Below, in pieces: positions 10,902 to 22,927 of a DNA stretch of 64,000 bases (positions within the stretch are counted from its first letter, which is position 1; each line of letters opens with the position of its first letter). The position numbers were made by a program, and so were the translations under genes. Below the pieces are notes generated by a model. The model saw only the letters and a list, made by a program, of their open reading frames with translations. It had not been told where the DNA came from and ran no database searches. Source of the stretch: Podarcis bocagei (taxonomy: Eukaryota); assembly GCA_964188305.1 (NCBI GenBank), contig OZ076888.1; one strand, written 5' to 3'.

Positions 10902-13527
10902 GAAAAGAATGCTGATTTGTTTGAGCTTTCTTTCCCCAACACATACCCTAGCAGCTGTGGAGAAATCCACACGAACTTACTTGGAGAAAGGGGTGCATTT
11001 TTTATCTTAATCAGGATGGAGTTTTTAGGTTTGCATAATCTTACTTAAAGGTTTTACTTTGAGGTTCAAAGGAATGAAATTCCTCAGGACTGTTTTCCAT
11101 TCAAGTTTTCTTGTGGTAGCTATTTAGAGTTCACAATTTCTTTGATATTTTATTTTAACCAAAACCAGGCAGTTTGAGGTGAAGGTGTGCTTTCTGTTTC
11201 ACTTTTCTCTTTTTAGGTTTTTTGTACCATGTGGTGCACAGGATATCGGTATCCTAGAGATCAAGGTTGCTAATTAGTTTTACATAGTTTACATAGTTGC
11301 AACCTAATTTTAGATGCAAGACCTGTAACTTTACTGCGTCTCTTATTTTGCCTCTACTGTTAAGTCAGCTTTGCTCATAGGATTGTATTTAAATTACATC
11401 AAATAATATTATGTAGGATATTGCTGCATGTAACATGGTTATGACCAAAAAGAGATGTTTACATTATGCTGTGTCAAATTAGATTTAAATGTAACAGCTG
11501 ACTAATAAAAACGAGCCGAAAAGAGGCCCATAATGTCTACCTTTCAGAATCACTTGCATGATCTGTGAGGGTAGCTTTGTAGTGCAGTTCAGCATTTCAC
11601 ATTTTTCCTTAGCTGCTGATGTGAGGACTTTGATCGAACGTCAGACCTAAGAGGATCTGAGAAACAAAGGCTGTGATTGTTTGCAGTAAAAGTACTGAAG
11701 ACCTGCTGTGAAAATTATTAATGTAGACCAATATAATGCTACTTAGAAACTAAAATCTCCCTCATGTTTTTTCTTTTAAAAAACTCTCTACAAAATACAA
11801 AACATTAATTCTTCATTTCATTAGCAGAGAACCTTGTAATACATGTTGAGGCACAGCACCTTAAAATTGAAACATGCATTTGTGACCTTCATGGGTATGG
11901 GGACAAGGGGATACTTTTCACTCAGTAAAGCATGGTGCCTTTTCTTTTTACGATAAGAAACATTGACAGATAATGATATACAAATACTTTTATACTTTTA
12001 ATGTATTTTTAATCTTTGTTGGAAGCCGCCCAGAGTGGCTTGGGAAACCCAGCCAGATGGGCGGGGTACAAATAATAAATTACTATTACCATTACTATAC
12101 TAACATCTTAAAATAAAAACTGGATTCACCATATATTAGAAGTATGTGTGTTCCTGATACACCCCTTTAAACTGCCTCAGAAATGCAATTTTCAGTGAAG
12201 ATTGGAATGGCGAGTAGTAATGCAGGTAAGAAGCTGTTCTGCCATATCTGTAAAGGTTAGTGGCATATACAGAACTATAGAGCAAACTTAAACGCATGTG
12301 AGACATACTGTCCATGAAATGTTGCACTTGTTTGTGTGAAAGGATTTGGATAGTTGGCATGACTATTGAAGTGCAATATTTTGGTAGGAAGACTGATGTG
12401 TATGGATACAATTGTGCAAATTCAGCTTTCAGTAAGGAAAAGAGCATAATTCTTGGAGGAAAAAGCATTTGTGCATGGGAAAATTCTGGTAAGTTGTTTA
12501 GAGACAGAGATGGTCAAAACTAAAATGAAATATGATTACATTTTAGTCTGCCTGTACCATAAAATGATGACCAGTGATTTCTTAAGTCACTTTGTGTGTG
12601 GTCATGATTCAAGGTTGTGCAGTGATTTTCTTTCTCTCTTTCACAGTATTGTAAGCTGTCTTGTACTCGAGGGACTTTGGTTTATGTAGTTTATGTAGCC
12701 AACAATTAAAAGTTATTTGAAGGATCCTGAAAATGGACACTAAATTAAACTTATTTTTATAATAGAAATGTGTGTGTGTGAGTGAGTGTGTCTTAGTGTC
12801 TTATAGAAAGATTGTTGACACTGTTATTTGCTATTCTAGTAAAAAATTTCTCAATAAACAAGTTCTCAGAAGATTGTATTCCAGAACACCACTTTAGTAC
12901 TTTGAAGTCAGTCCCTTTTAAAACTTCAAATTACATAGCTGTAGACTCTGTTGGCTGGATGTCTTTGTTGTATCTGAACTTTTCCATAAACACCATTGCT
13001 GGCTTGGGGTCAGACATGGAATGCAGGTGCCCTTTCACTGCTCCTTCTCCTCAGGAAGTCCAGTCAATTAGTTTGAGGCAAAGCCACAGATCTTTTTCTT
13101 TTTCCTTTTCATCCTGGGAAATCATGGCCAAACACCGACCTCCACACCAAGTAACTTAAACCAAGTGAAATGAACATGCTAGGGGTATACGCTACGTTCC
13201 TCGTTAGAATACTTTAGACTTTGCCGTATGTGTGTACTAATGTTGACTGAGCGACTATTTACTTCTTCGTTTTTAATAACTTCAGAACGTAATATACCTG
13301 GGTCTGTTCTTAGTTGGATTTGAAACATAATTTCATCCAGTTCTGTGTTTTCTCTTTTCAGTACCCTTAAGCTTTGAAATATGTTGTTACCTGTTGACAA
13401 ACACACCCGTGTTGTTTCACAGTTAATAGCCTTAGATTCAGAAGTAAATTCAGTGTGGCTTTCTCTCTAGTGAGCATGCTAGAACTGCAAACTTAATTAT
13501 GGATATTCTGTCCCCTCCCTTCTATGA

Positions 13528-15663
13528 TTTCCTCCTGGCATTGTGGGGTCATTGGGTTGGGCTTAGGCTCCTTCACTGATAATGAAAACAGGAGGAAAAA
13601 ACTCTTTGGGACAGTCACTTTCACTAGTGCCCCCATTTTCTCTACTTCTACCAGGCTGTTATTTTTCTTCTTTTACCTTTTGTCACCATTTTCTTAGAGA
13701 ACGTGCCCCCCCCTCCTTTAATCGGCTGCCTCACACCTTTCCTACTCTCCTTTTTGTGGCTTTCTGTACCTTTTCAGAAATACAAAAACCTGAGAAATTT
13801 ATCTCCACTTTACTATCATCCTTCCTTCTGACTGCTCTTTCTCAGGCAGGGACATTAATAAAGCCATTGAGCACCCGATTACTTTTCAACTTCACGCCAC
13901 CTGATATTCGTGGGTGTGGCATGCCCTCAAGGATATCCTGATCAAACTAAAGATAAGTGGAAGGTACTGGTGACGCAAAGATACTGGTGACAACCAATCT
14001 TCCAACCAGTCCTTTCATAACTACCTTTCCCCGGGGCAAGGAAGAAACTTACAGACAGAAGTCCTCCTGGAACAGCAGTGATACCCACCCAGGCAGCAGA
14101 ACACAAAATATCTCCCTCCAACACCTACAGAAATAATCACCAGCAGAACCAATGATGCTACTCTGCCCCAAGTCAGGGATCATCTACAAGCCTTCTTCAA
14201 CTCTTGGTGTCAGATTACTGCAGACCACTGGATTCTCAATACTATATCACATGGATACATGATAGAACGTCTGGCACCCCTAAACTGGTTCCTCCCATCC
14301 ATTCAAATAACAGGTGATATGTAATTGTGTACAGCATTGTCTCAACATGTCAGCTATCGAACCAGTCCCCCTGAGAGGAATTATTCTATGACATATACTT
14401 AATATTATCTGTAGTGCCATGACCAGATTACTTCCTGATGCAACTGGACTTCTCTGTGACCCTTCCCCTCTGCAGGGATGTAGGACCAATTTGAATGATT
14501 TGCCACCACCACTTAATGGATCCAAATAGCTTCCAGAGAGTGGTAGAGACATCTTATCCCATGTTGATGGCTTCTCCACTGGAATGCAGAGTTAAGCAGG
14601 GCTATCGACCGTCTAGCTCCAAAGCACCCTCTCTAATTGCATGCAAGAATTCTGCAGTGGTTTCTTGTACTCCACCAGTGGGCCATCACACACATTCCAC
14701 ATCACCACATCAAAATGCCACCAAAAGTGTGGGTAGTGATGAAGTGGGCATCTAGCAGAAACGTGCAGAAGGGCACATCTTTTCATGACCCTTACCTCAT
14801 AGTGGTCACCACAGATGACAGCCTCTACATTTGGGGTCTCACTGTGAGGGACAGATAATCCATGCCCAAAAGTCTCCAGAGGAAGCTGAACACTCGGCTG
14901 GAGCAGCCCACCTGGCTCTGATGCACTTTTCTCCACACCTACACATCAAACGTGCTCCTACGCATGGGCAACTACTCCAACTTGAAATCCTACCTCAACA
15001 AGCAGGGGGTCACCAAATCCTGGGATCTCCAAGTTGAAATGTTCCACCTCATGCAGTGATCGAAACACCACCTCCTCAGCCTCACATTGGAACACATATC
15101 CGGATAGGCTGGAATCTCTGGTTTTCCAGCACAGTATTTTCAACCATCTTACGTTCTCGCTTATCCATCCACTCTAAGACTATACAAAACCACATGGAAG
15201 ATCTTCCTGAATCAATGCAAAGCAACGGTACTGGATCTTTTTGCATTCCTCCAAAATGGCCTCGGCAAAAGTCTAAAACGCAACACTCTGATGAAACATC
15301 AGGTGGCTGCTGTTTCTTCCTCAAACACACCACCTCTCACCCCCTAATGAAATGCTTCCCACAAGGAACAATCCTACAGTGTTCCCCAGATGCCCACCAC
15401 TTCCCTTCTTGGTACCTTCACAAAGTGCTGTCCACCCTTCAGAAACTTCCATTTGAGCCCCCGAAGGAAGTACTTCTCAACAGTGAAAGGTCTTACAGTG
15501 GAACCTCGTGTTACAGACTCCGTTAACCCAGAAATAGTACCTTGGGTTAAGAACTTTACTTGAGGATGAGAACAGAAATTGTGCGGCAGCGGGAGGCCCC
15601 ATTAGCTAAAGTGGTACCTCAGGTTAAGAACGGTTGCAGGTTAAGAACGGACCTCTGGAACGA

Positions 15664-15717
<54 letters not shown>

Positions 15718-16704
15718 TAAGTTCTTAACCTGAGGTAACACTGTATTTCTAATAGCAGTAACTTCGACTTGATGGGTCTCTGAATTGGTCACCCTGTCTA
15801 TAGCTAGACGTCTCTCTATCTTCCACAAGCACAAAGTGGTTCTTAGAAAGAACCCCTCCTTTCTCCACAAGGTACTTTCCAGCTTCCGTATTCAGCAGGA
15901 ACTTGATCCTTTCCACCTTCTGCCCCAACCCCTCTCACCTATTAGAGAAGACATGGCACTCATTTGATGTCCAATGAGCTCTTAAAGTGTATATTACCAG
16001 GACTGAAGAGATCAGACAATCAGAAACCCTGTTCATTTCCTTCCACCCTAACTCACTGGGCAAAAAGGTTAACCCTTCCACCTTATCTAGATAGGACCTC
16101 TATAGCCTACAACTTGGTGAATCGTATCTCACCCTACAAATTTGACTGCCCACTCTACCGGGGTTGAGTCCCCCTAGAGAACATTTGTAAGACAGCCACA
16201 TGGGTATCTCCCAGTGCATTCACGATGGGAATTTGTGTCTCCATTGAAGCTGCCTTTGGCCCCAGCACCCTACAACAGGCTTTCTACATTCATTTGTCCT
16301 TTCAGCTGGGATGTGCCTGATTGGGTACACTTTGATATGTTCCAACGCAGTGACCCCATGATGCTTGGAGGAAACAGTACAATTGGTACTCTCCCAAAGT
16401 AGATTTCGACTGGCATTGTGGGGTCACTGGGGCTTTCCATAATATGGGACGCAATATCTTCTACCTGACGGCATTTTAGCCACCTTGTTTACTTTGGGAA
16501 CATGGGCACCTTTGTGTTGCTTTCCTTACAAGACTCTGATGATTGTTCAAGCTTGGTGAGTTCACAAACTGATTGGGAGCCATCCACGCCCCAAAGGGTT
16601 TTTCCTCCTTCCTTTGTCATCAGGAGAAGGGCAAAGCCCAACCCTATGACCCCCATGCTGCCAGTCAAAATCTACCCTTTGGGTGAATATGGGTTGTACT
16701 TTTT
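13528..16704 (+). mobile_element. Decayed DIRS1-type tyrosine-recombinase retrotransposon
   Basis: Inverted termini (13535-13600 vs 16600-16665), internal complementary region at about 16350-16430, T-runs at both ends. Frameshifted remnants of RT (DHWILNTISHGYMIE), RNase H (VVTTDDS, YLNKQG) and YR (FPSWYLHKVL..PFEP, FLIAVTS..VSEL, AHST, ICKTATW). Confidence 0.88.
15496..15743. mobile_element. Tc1/mariner (Tigger-like) MITE nested in the DIRS YR gene, containing (AAT)n
   Basis: TA|cagtggaacctcg...gaggtaacactg|TA. Reverse-complement relative of the copy at 33410-33641. Confidence 0.85.
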
Positions 16705-17474
16705 AGGAAGGACGTGATTGAATAGAATGTAAAATTATCCTAGTTTGCTCACAAATGACAATCATTTCTTTAAGCATCATTATGACAATTGTTTTTTTGG
16801 ATGAAACAGTTATTTTAATTCTCTGTTATTTGAAATTAATGACTATGAAGGTTTTAATGCTAGTCGTCTGGCACTGGTCATTATTATTTTATTGCTGTTG
16901 ACCCAAATGTAAATTTTAGAGATTCTGCTAGGTTTTAACTATTCTAGGGTAAATAGAAGACCATGTTGAATTACATTTTAAAGATGATAAATAGAACATT
17001 TTTACTGAGTTGGATTACGCAGTGCTTAAGAACACCTCCCATACAAACAACAACAGAATGCTTGTGCCATTGTAAACTTTGATGTGACCAGGAATAGTGC
17101 CTTGATACCTCTGAACTATGGTAAAGCAATCTCTCATTGAACATCAGGTGGCATCTAACTGTTTATGCAAACTTAGCAGATGCTCTTCCATCGCTTGTTG
17201 CAAATTGAACTTTTGACTTTCTTAAATGGTTACAGCTGTTTTGTAAATCTCCTTTTTGAAGTCTGAAATCCTTCATTTGTTTTTTAGCCCACAAAAACTG
17301 TAAGAAGAGCTTAAAGAAAAGCATTTATCATTATAAGAAAAGTAAAGCAATATATATTTGTTCTTGTTTTCTTTCACCTGAGCATCTTATGACTTAAATT
17401 GCATAAGGTCTGAATTCTATTCCTGGTGCCCTTCACAATGACTGTTACATACTTGCATATTTATTTGCTTGCAG

Positions 17475-17654
17475 TGAGACCAAACTTTGAGGATGCTGGA
17501 ATCGTAGCAGCAGGAAGGAAGCATGAATTTATACGCTCTGAGAGCGAGAACTGGCGCATCTTCAGGGAAGAGCAAAATGGTGAAGATGATGATGGAGGTT
17601 GGCGGCTGGCTGGTTCGCGAAGGGATGGTGAGAGATGGCGCCCTCATAGTCCAG
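17475..17654 (+). CDS. GIGYF2: GIGYF2 coding exon (first in window; upstream exons lie left of the window)
   Basis: gcag|TG AGA CCA...CCA G|gtgag; RPNFED...RSESENWRIFREEQ...WRPHSP; 180 nt, phase 1-1. Confidence 0.95.
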
Positions 17655-19976
17655 GTGAGAGGAAATATGGAAAAGTGCAGCAAGCCAGCAATGTCTGGAA
17701 GGAAAACTTCCTAAAACAATATTTGAAAGGCTTGTTCTATGATGGCAAAATCATTTTTAGTTTTTTAAATGGGTTGTTTTGTTTAACCCACTATTTCCAG
17801 GACGTCTAGAAAAAAGCAGCTCTTCTTACCTGCTCTGATTTCTTTTCCACCAAACGGCGCTTCCTTTAGTGATCACTCTGAATCATGAGGCTGAAGTTCT
17901 GTCATATGCTTCCAGCTACTTGTATAGAAATGGAAAAACTGTTTGTCATGGAGAATACAGCATTGTGTGTCTTCGTGACGTCAGACATAACTGATAAATG
18001 CACAATAAAGCAGCAGTGTGTCTAACTTTGACAGTATTGAAACAGCTGAACCAGCACCACATGATCAGATGTGAAGATTTTACTTAGGGACAAGTACTCG
18101 CAGTTCATTTAGTATTTTCTTGTTTAGCATATGAAGAACAACAAGCTAATAAAATTTTTGTTTTCAATAAGTCCATCTGTCTTTTGACAGAAGTCCCGAG
18201 GCTGAAATATCATTGGGTAATTTCTGCTACTTTAAAGGAAGTGTAGAGAAACGCCGCATTGTGTAGAATACTGAGGGTTTTTCTGTAGTTTCTCTTTAAT
18301 TTAGATATAGCTTTTTTAGGATAACACTTACTCATTGTCATTTGTGTAATGGAACATTCTCGATCAAAGAGGTGGGCGTTGCAGTAGTCTCAGGTGGAAT
18401 CCATTATTGCACGAACAGACTTCTACATACAACAGGACTTTATATTTCTCTCCTCCCCCCCGCCAAAAAAAAAAAAAATCTGCTTGAGAGGCCTCCCTAT
18501 CTCAAGAGACTTCCCAAACTCCTGATTTTGGAGAGCATATGGAAGACTTTTGGGGTTAGTGAGGAGAGGAAAATGAAGTCACACAAAACAGTATTGGGCT
18601 ACAACCCTCAGTTCCTTACTGGTTGGTCAAAGTATTGTTCTTTCTCTGTGTGTACAGAGAGAGGGAGGCTTTAATTAATTAATTAAACAGCTTTTAATCT
18701 GTGCAACCCAAAAGACTCCCAGAGAGGCTTACAAAGTAAGTAAAACAGTCCCTGCCCTCAGATTTGCCATCTGAAAGGCATGACACACAAGGAAAACGGA
18801 ATACAGAGAGGAAGAGAAGAAAGCAATCTCAGGCACCAGTTCTTAAAGGTTACGGTTCTTTTAATGGAAATGGATGGGATGGAAACAGTACAGTTAGCCT
18901 GATAGAATGGCTGCTGTTAGATGACAGCGGAGGGAGAGTCAAAGGCAGCTGGTCTCTCAGCAGAGGTAATAGAACAACCCTACTTCTCTCCTCTCCTTTT
19001 GCTCTGCAGGCTTGATGCCCTATCAGCTACATCCAAGACTTTTGATTCCAATAGCCATTTCTATCAGGATGACAAATAGTATCCTGTATCTAGTATAACC
19101 AATTTAGCCAAAATAAGTGGCTTATGCCAAGCCACATTTGAAGATCACCACATTTCAAGCCCCAGTATCACTCACACCAACTTGCTTGGAAATGCTTCAC
19201 CTCTCCCAGGTTGTAGAAAGGTGCATCAACACCTGCTGGTGCCTGCCTGCCTCATTCTCATGCAGGCTTGGGCACAGTTGCACAGCCCTTAGAAACAAGC
19301 TTGTTGGCTACAAATCCTTTCCCAGAATTATAGTGCTAGCATGCCACTTCACCATAGTGACATACAAAACAAGGGCAGATTAAATAAATAGAATTAATTA
19401 CCACAGATTACAAACTACACTCCAAACTCCAGAATGGAGGATTGTCAGCTAGCAGACAGAGGGTGAAGGCAAGCAGTTTTGAAGATGCTTTAGGACTGAT
19501 AGAGTTAGTAGAATAGATGCTGCCTGTGACCTCAAAGAGAAGCATAAAAATATGGTAATCCCCATAAAGTGGTACTTGTCTGGATTCATAGAACCGCATA
19601 GAATGGTCTTACTAGCAAAGGCTGCCCCCCTGTGGCTGAACAGATTGTGAGGCTGCTATTCACAAAGATTGTGAGGCTGCCCTGGGATTAACTCATAGTT
19701 AAATTGTTTTTGTTCTTTTAAGCCCACTTGCATGGAGTTGGGTTGTCCTTTACATTAATAATATAGCTCAAAGTGACAGTGGTTTAAAGGGGAAATAGTG
19801 ATGATATATTGATAAAATGCGTGTTTCAAGGTGGACCATAAGCTGTAGTGGCGTTCTGAAGTGCTGTCACTTTGTCCTCTCTTTTCCCTATCCTCTTTTC
19901 CTCTATCCCTTTCTCCTTCCAAACAAGTTCTTGCCCTATGGGACTCTTTTGTAAAGTTACTTTCCCGCCCCCTTAG

Positions 19977-20194
19977 ACGGCCCTCGTTCTGCAGGCTGGA
20001 GAGAACAGATGGAGCGACGGCGAAGGTTTGAATTTGACTTCCGAGACCGGGATGATGAGCGGGGTTATCGAAGAGTGCGATGTGGCAGTGGCAGTATGGA
20101 TGATGATAGGGATAGCCTTCCTGAATGGTGCTTAGAAGATGCAGAAGAAGAAATGGGGACTTTTGACTCATCTGGGGCATTCCTCTCCTTAAAA
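19977..20194 (+). CDS. GIGYF2: GIGYF2 coding exon (includes DDX6/Me31B-binding motif)
   Basis: ttag|AC GGC...AAA|gtgag; DGPRSAGWREQMERRRRFEFDF...LPEWCLEDAEEEMGTFDSSGAFLSLK. Confidence 0.95.
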
Positions 20195-20287
20195 GTGAGA
20201 AACTTTCTGTGAACTTGTCATAATATTAACGGTATTATTTATAACCAGTAGTATAAAGTTTGTTGTTTGCATGTGTGTTTTCCTTAG

Positions 20288-20453
20288 AAGGTTCAAAAGG
20301 AACCAATTCCTGAGGAACAGGAAATGGATTTCCGTCCTGTAGAGGAAGGGGAAGACAGGTCTGATTCAGAAGGAAGTCACAATGAAGAAGCCAAAGAAGT
20401 AGATAAGTCACATGGAAGGGAAAGTGTTAAGACCGAGCATACAGCAGCAGCAG
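20288..20453 (+). CDS. GIGYF2: GIGYF2 coding exon
   Basis: tag|AAG GTT CAA...GCA G|gtaag; KVQKEPIPEEQEMDFRPVEEG. Confidence 0.93.
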
Positions 20454-20535
20454 GTAAGAAGGATTTATCAAGTCTATCCTTTAAATTTTGCTTCCACCTT
20501 CCAGCTCAGTTAAATAAAGTTACCAATCATTTCAG

Positions 20536-20733
20536 AAGTAACAGAAGAAACAGTCAAAGAATCTTCACCATCCACCAGGTCAGGTACTCCACCAAAATCC
20601 CAGTCACAGGAGCCATTACCTACAAGCCTGCTTGAAAGAAGGGAAGACTGTGTTCCAGAAGTAATAGAAAAAAGAGAAGATAAAGAAAACCAAATGGAGG
20701 ATATCCCATCAGCCAAAGTGCCCAACAGAGAAG
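20536..20733 (+). CDS. GIGYF2: GIGYF2 coding exon (low-complexity linker)
   Basis: ttcag|AA GTA...GAA G|gtaat; open frame VTEETVKESSPSTRSGTPPKSQSQE...SAKVPNRE; 198 nt, phase 1-1. Confidence 0.88.
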
Positions 20734-20971
20734 GTAATCATATTTCAGGTTTGGTATAATGTATATGCAAAGTATGCAAATAAATAAATAAAAGACTGTA
20801 GTGACAAAGCAAGGTGGAAAGGATGAACTGATCATTCATATATTGTTTAAGCATTGTTGAAAGCATGCCAGCTTGCTTATTGTCTGATTATACATTTTAT
20901 CACATAATAACAGTTCTGGTAGAAAGAAGGGCCTTTAAAGGAATTTAATGTCCATTCTTCCCCACCCCCAG

Positions 20972-21162
20972 ATCCAATTTCTGCTGTCCAGCCTTTACCA
21001 CAGATTTCTCCAGATGCAGCTTCCCTTGTTCATCTTCCTCCTCCAGAGTCAAATCCAATTCCTGCCTTAAGGCCTGTTCAGACATCAGTCACAGCTGCTC
21101 CAGGGATGGGTAATATTCCTGCTGACCCTGATGACGAAGAGGGCCTCAAACATTTAGAACAG
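20972..21162 (+). CDS. GIGYF2: GIGYF2 coding exon
   Basis: ccag|AT CCA...CAG|gtaaa; ...APGMGNIPADPDDEEGLKHLEQ. Confidence 0.92.
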
Positions 21163-22722
21163 GTAAAGCATCTTCGTGAATTCTGGTTTGTTTGTTTTTT
21201 GTTGTTGTGCTTCAAGGGCTGAAAGAAAACATTCTTTTGTACACTTATCTTGTAAATGCAGCTACCTGATTCAGGTGATTGTGGGCGAAAGCTTTGGGAT
21301 TCAGACCAGTTGCTGAGAATATCATAGCAATAGCCTTTACAAGTCAGCAGTGCTTATGCACCCAAGGTGGAGACAGGAGTTGAAGATGCAACCTAGAGCT
21401 AATGTACCTAGTCAACTTTAGACTAGCACACCCCTCACATAGACCAACAGTTGGCAACTGCAGAGGAAAACTAGTTTTGGGCAGGACTGGCAACTAATTG
21501 CTTTTACAATGTTTTCCTGCAACTGAGCATGAAAATGGGCAAAACTATATTGATGTATTAATGGGCAAAAATTAAACATATTTTGCAGTTTGACAATACT
21601 TCAGATAGTCAACTTAATTTTCATTAAAACAGTTTCAACCTGTATGTTCCTGCCATCTCCTCCTCAAACAAAAATGGAAAATTAATATTTTTGTTAATTA
21701 AAGAAGGGGAAGTCCTGTTTTCCAAAATTATGTTGAATCTATCTTGTATATTTGTCTGGTATGCAACTCCAGTAGGTTAACTTTGTGAGTAGTAAGTGAA
21801 TCAAGTTGAAAAATGGACACACACACCGACATTAATATAAATAGATAATCACCTGACTTCATTCATGCAGTAGAGAATATGAGAGTCACCTCATGCTGCT
21901 GATACTCAAGTCCAAAATATACACACACTGTATTCCCCCCTTCAAAATACACATGAACAGAGGGCCAATCCTTTTCCATGTCAGTCACATACGTTTTAAG
22001 GGTAAAGCATTGATATGTACACATGATCATCTTCAGAACCCTTTCCTGTCTGCTGATTTTATATAGGAGCCCCTCAGTGTGAAAATGGCAAATAAAAAAT
22101 GAGTGAAAATGCAGACTGAAAAAGACTCTGAACATAGATTCTGAAAATGACTCCAGAAACAATTCTTCGTTTTCCAGTAGTTTGAATGTTGCTTAAACAT
22201 GTTGCAAGAAACTTGAATTTCCAAAGACCAATAATTTCTTGTAAAATTCCAACCACAATGATGTACAGACATCATTACAATTATTACAATTAATCTATTA
22301 ACCACCATCTCAAGGTGATTTACACGTAAAATAATGAAAAGCAGTTAAACACAAAAGCAACAGAGACATTTCAAACAAGACTAAAACCCCAACAAGCAGA
22401 CACTTGTGATAAAGACTCATTTATCAATCTGGGAAAGCCTGTTGGAACGAAAATGTCCTCAGATGTTTCCGGAAGCTGACCATCCTTGCTGCTTACCAGA
22501 TAATAAGACTTGCTTCCCGGCAAGCAGTTCCACCAAGCTTTATTATCTTTTTGCATAATTATTTAAACTTACTTTTTCATTCCTTTGTATCTGAGTCCAC
22601 CAACCATGATGGTATTATTCATAAGGCTTTCTGCTGAATTTCACCTTATTCCACTGACGTTGTGTAACCTGGCAGTAGTAACCTCAGTCATTCTTAATGT
22701 TCCCCCCCTCCTCTTGCTGCAG

Positions 22723-22882
22723 CAAGCAGAAAAAATGGTGGCATATTTGCAGGACAGTGCCCTGGATGATGAAAGGCTAGCAGCCAAACTTCAGGAGCAG
22801 AGAGTAAAGGGTACTTCAGTACCATTACTCCATGAGGCCATGCAAAAGTGGTTCTACAAAGATCCACAGGGAGAAATTCAGG
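22723..22882 (+). CDS. GIGYF2: GIGYF2 coding exon, start of GYF domain
   Basis: gcag|CAA GCA...CAG G|gtaag; QAEKMVAYLQDSALDD...KWFYKDPQGEIQ. Confidence 0.95.
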
Positions 22883-22927
22883 GTAAGCTTTCATCCTTTC
22901 CGCTTTCTATTTTTATTTCACTGGAAT

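Noticed and set aside
11615-11661. Possible C/D-box snoRNA (ctgatgt...ctga)
   Set aside because: Box C is not RUGAUGA, the span is too short and there is no convincing terminal stem.
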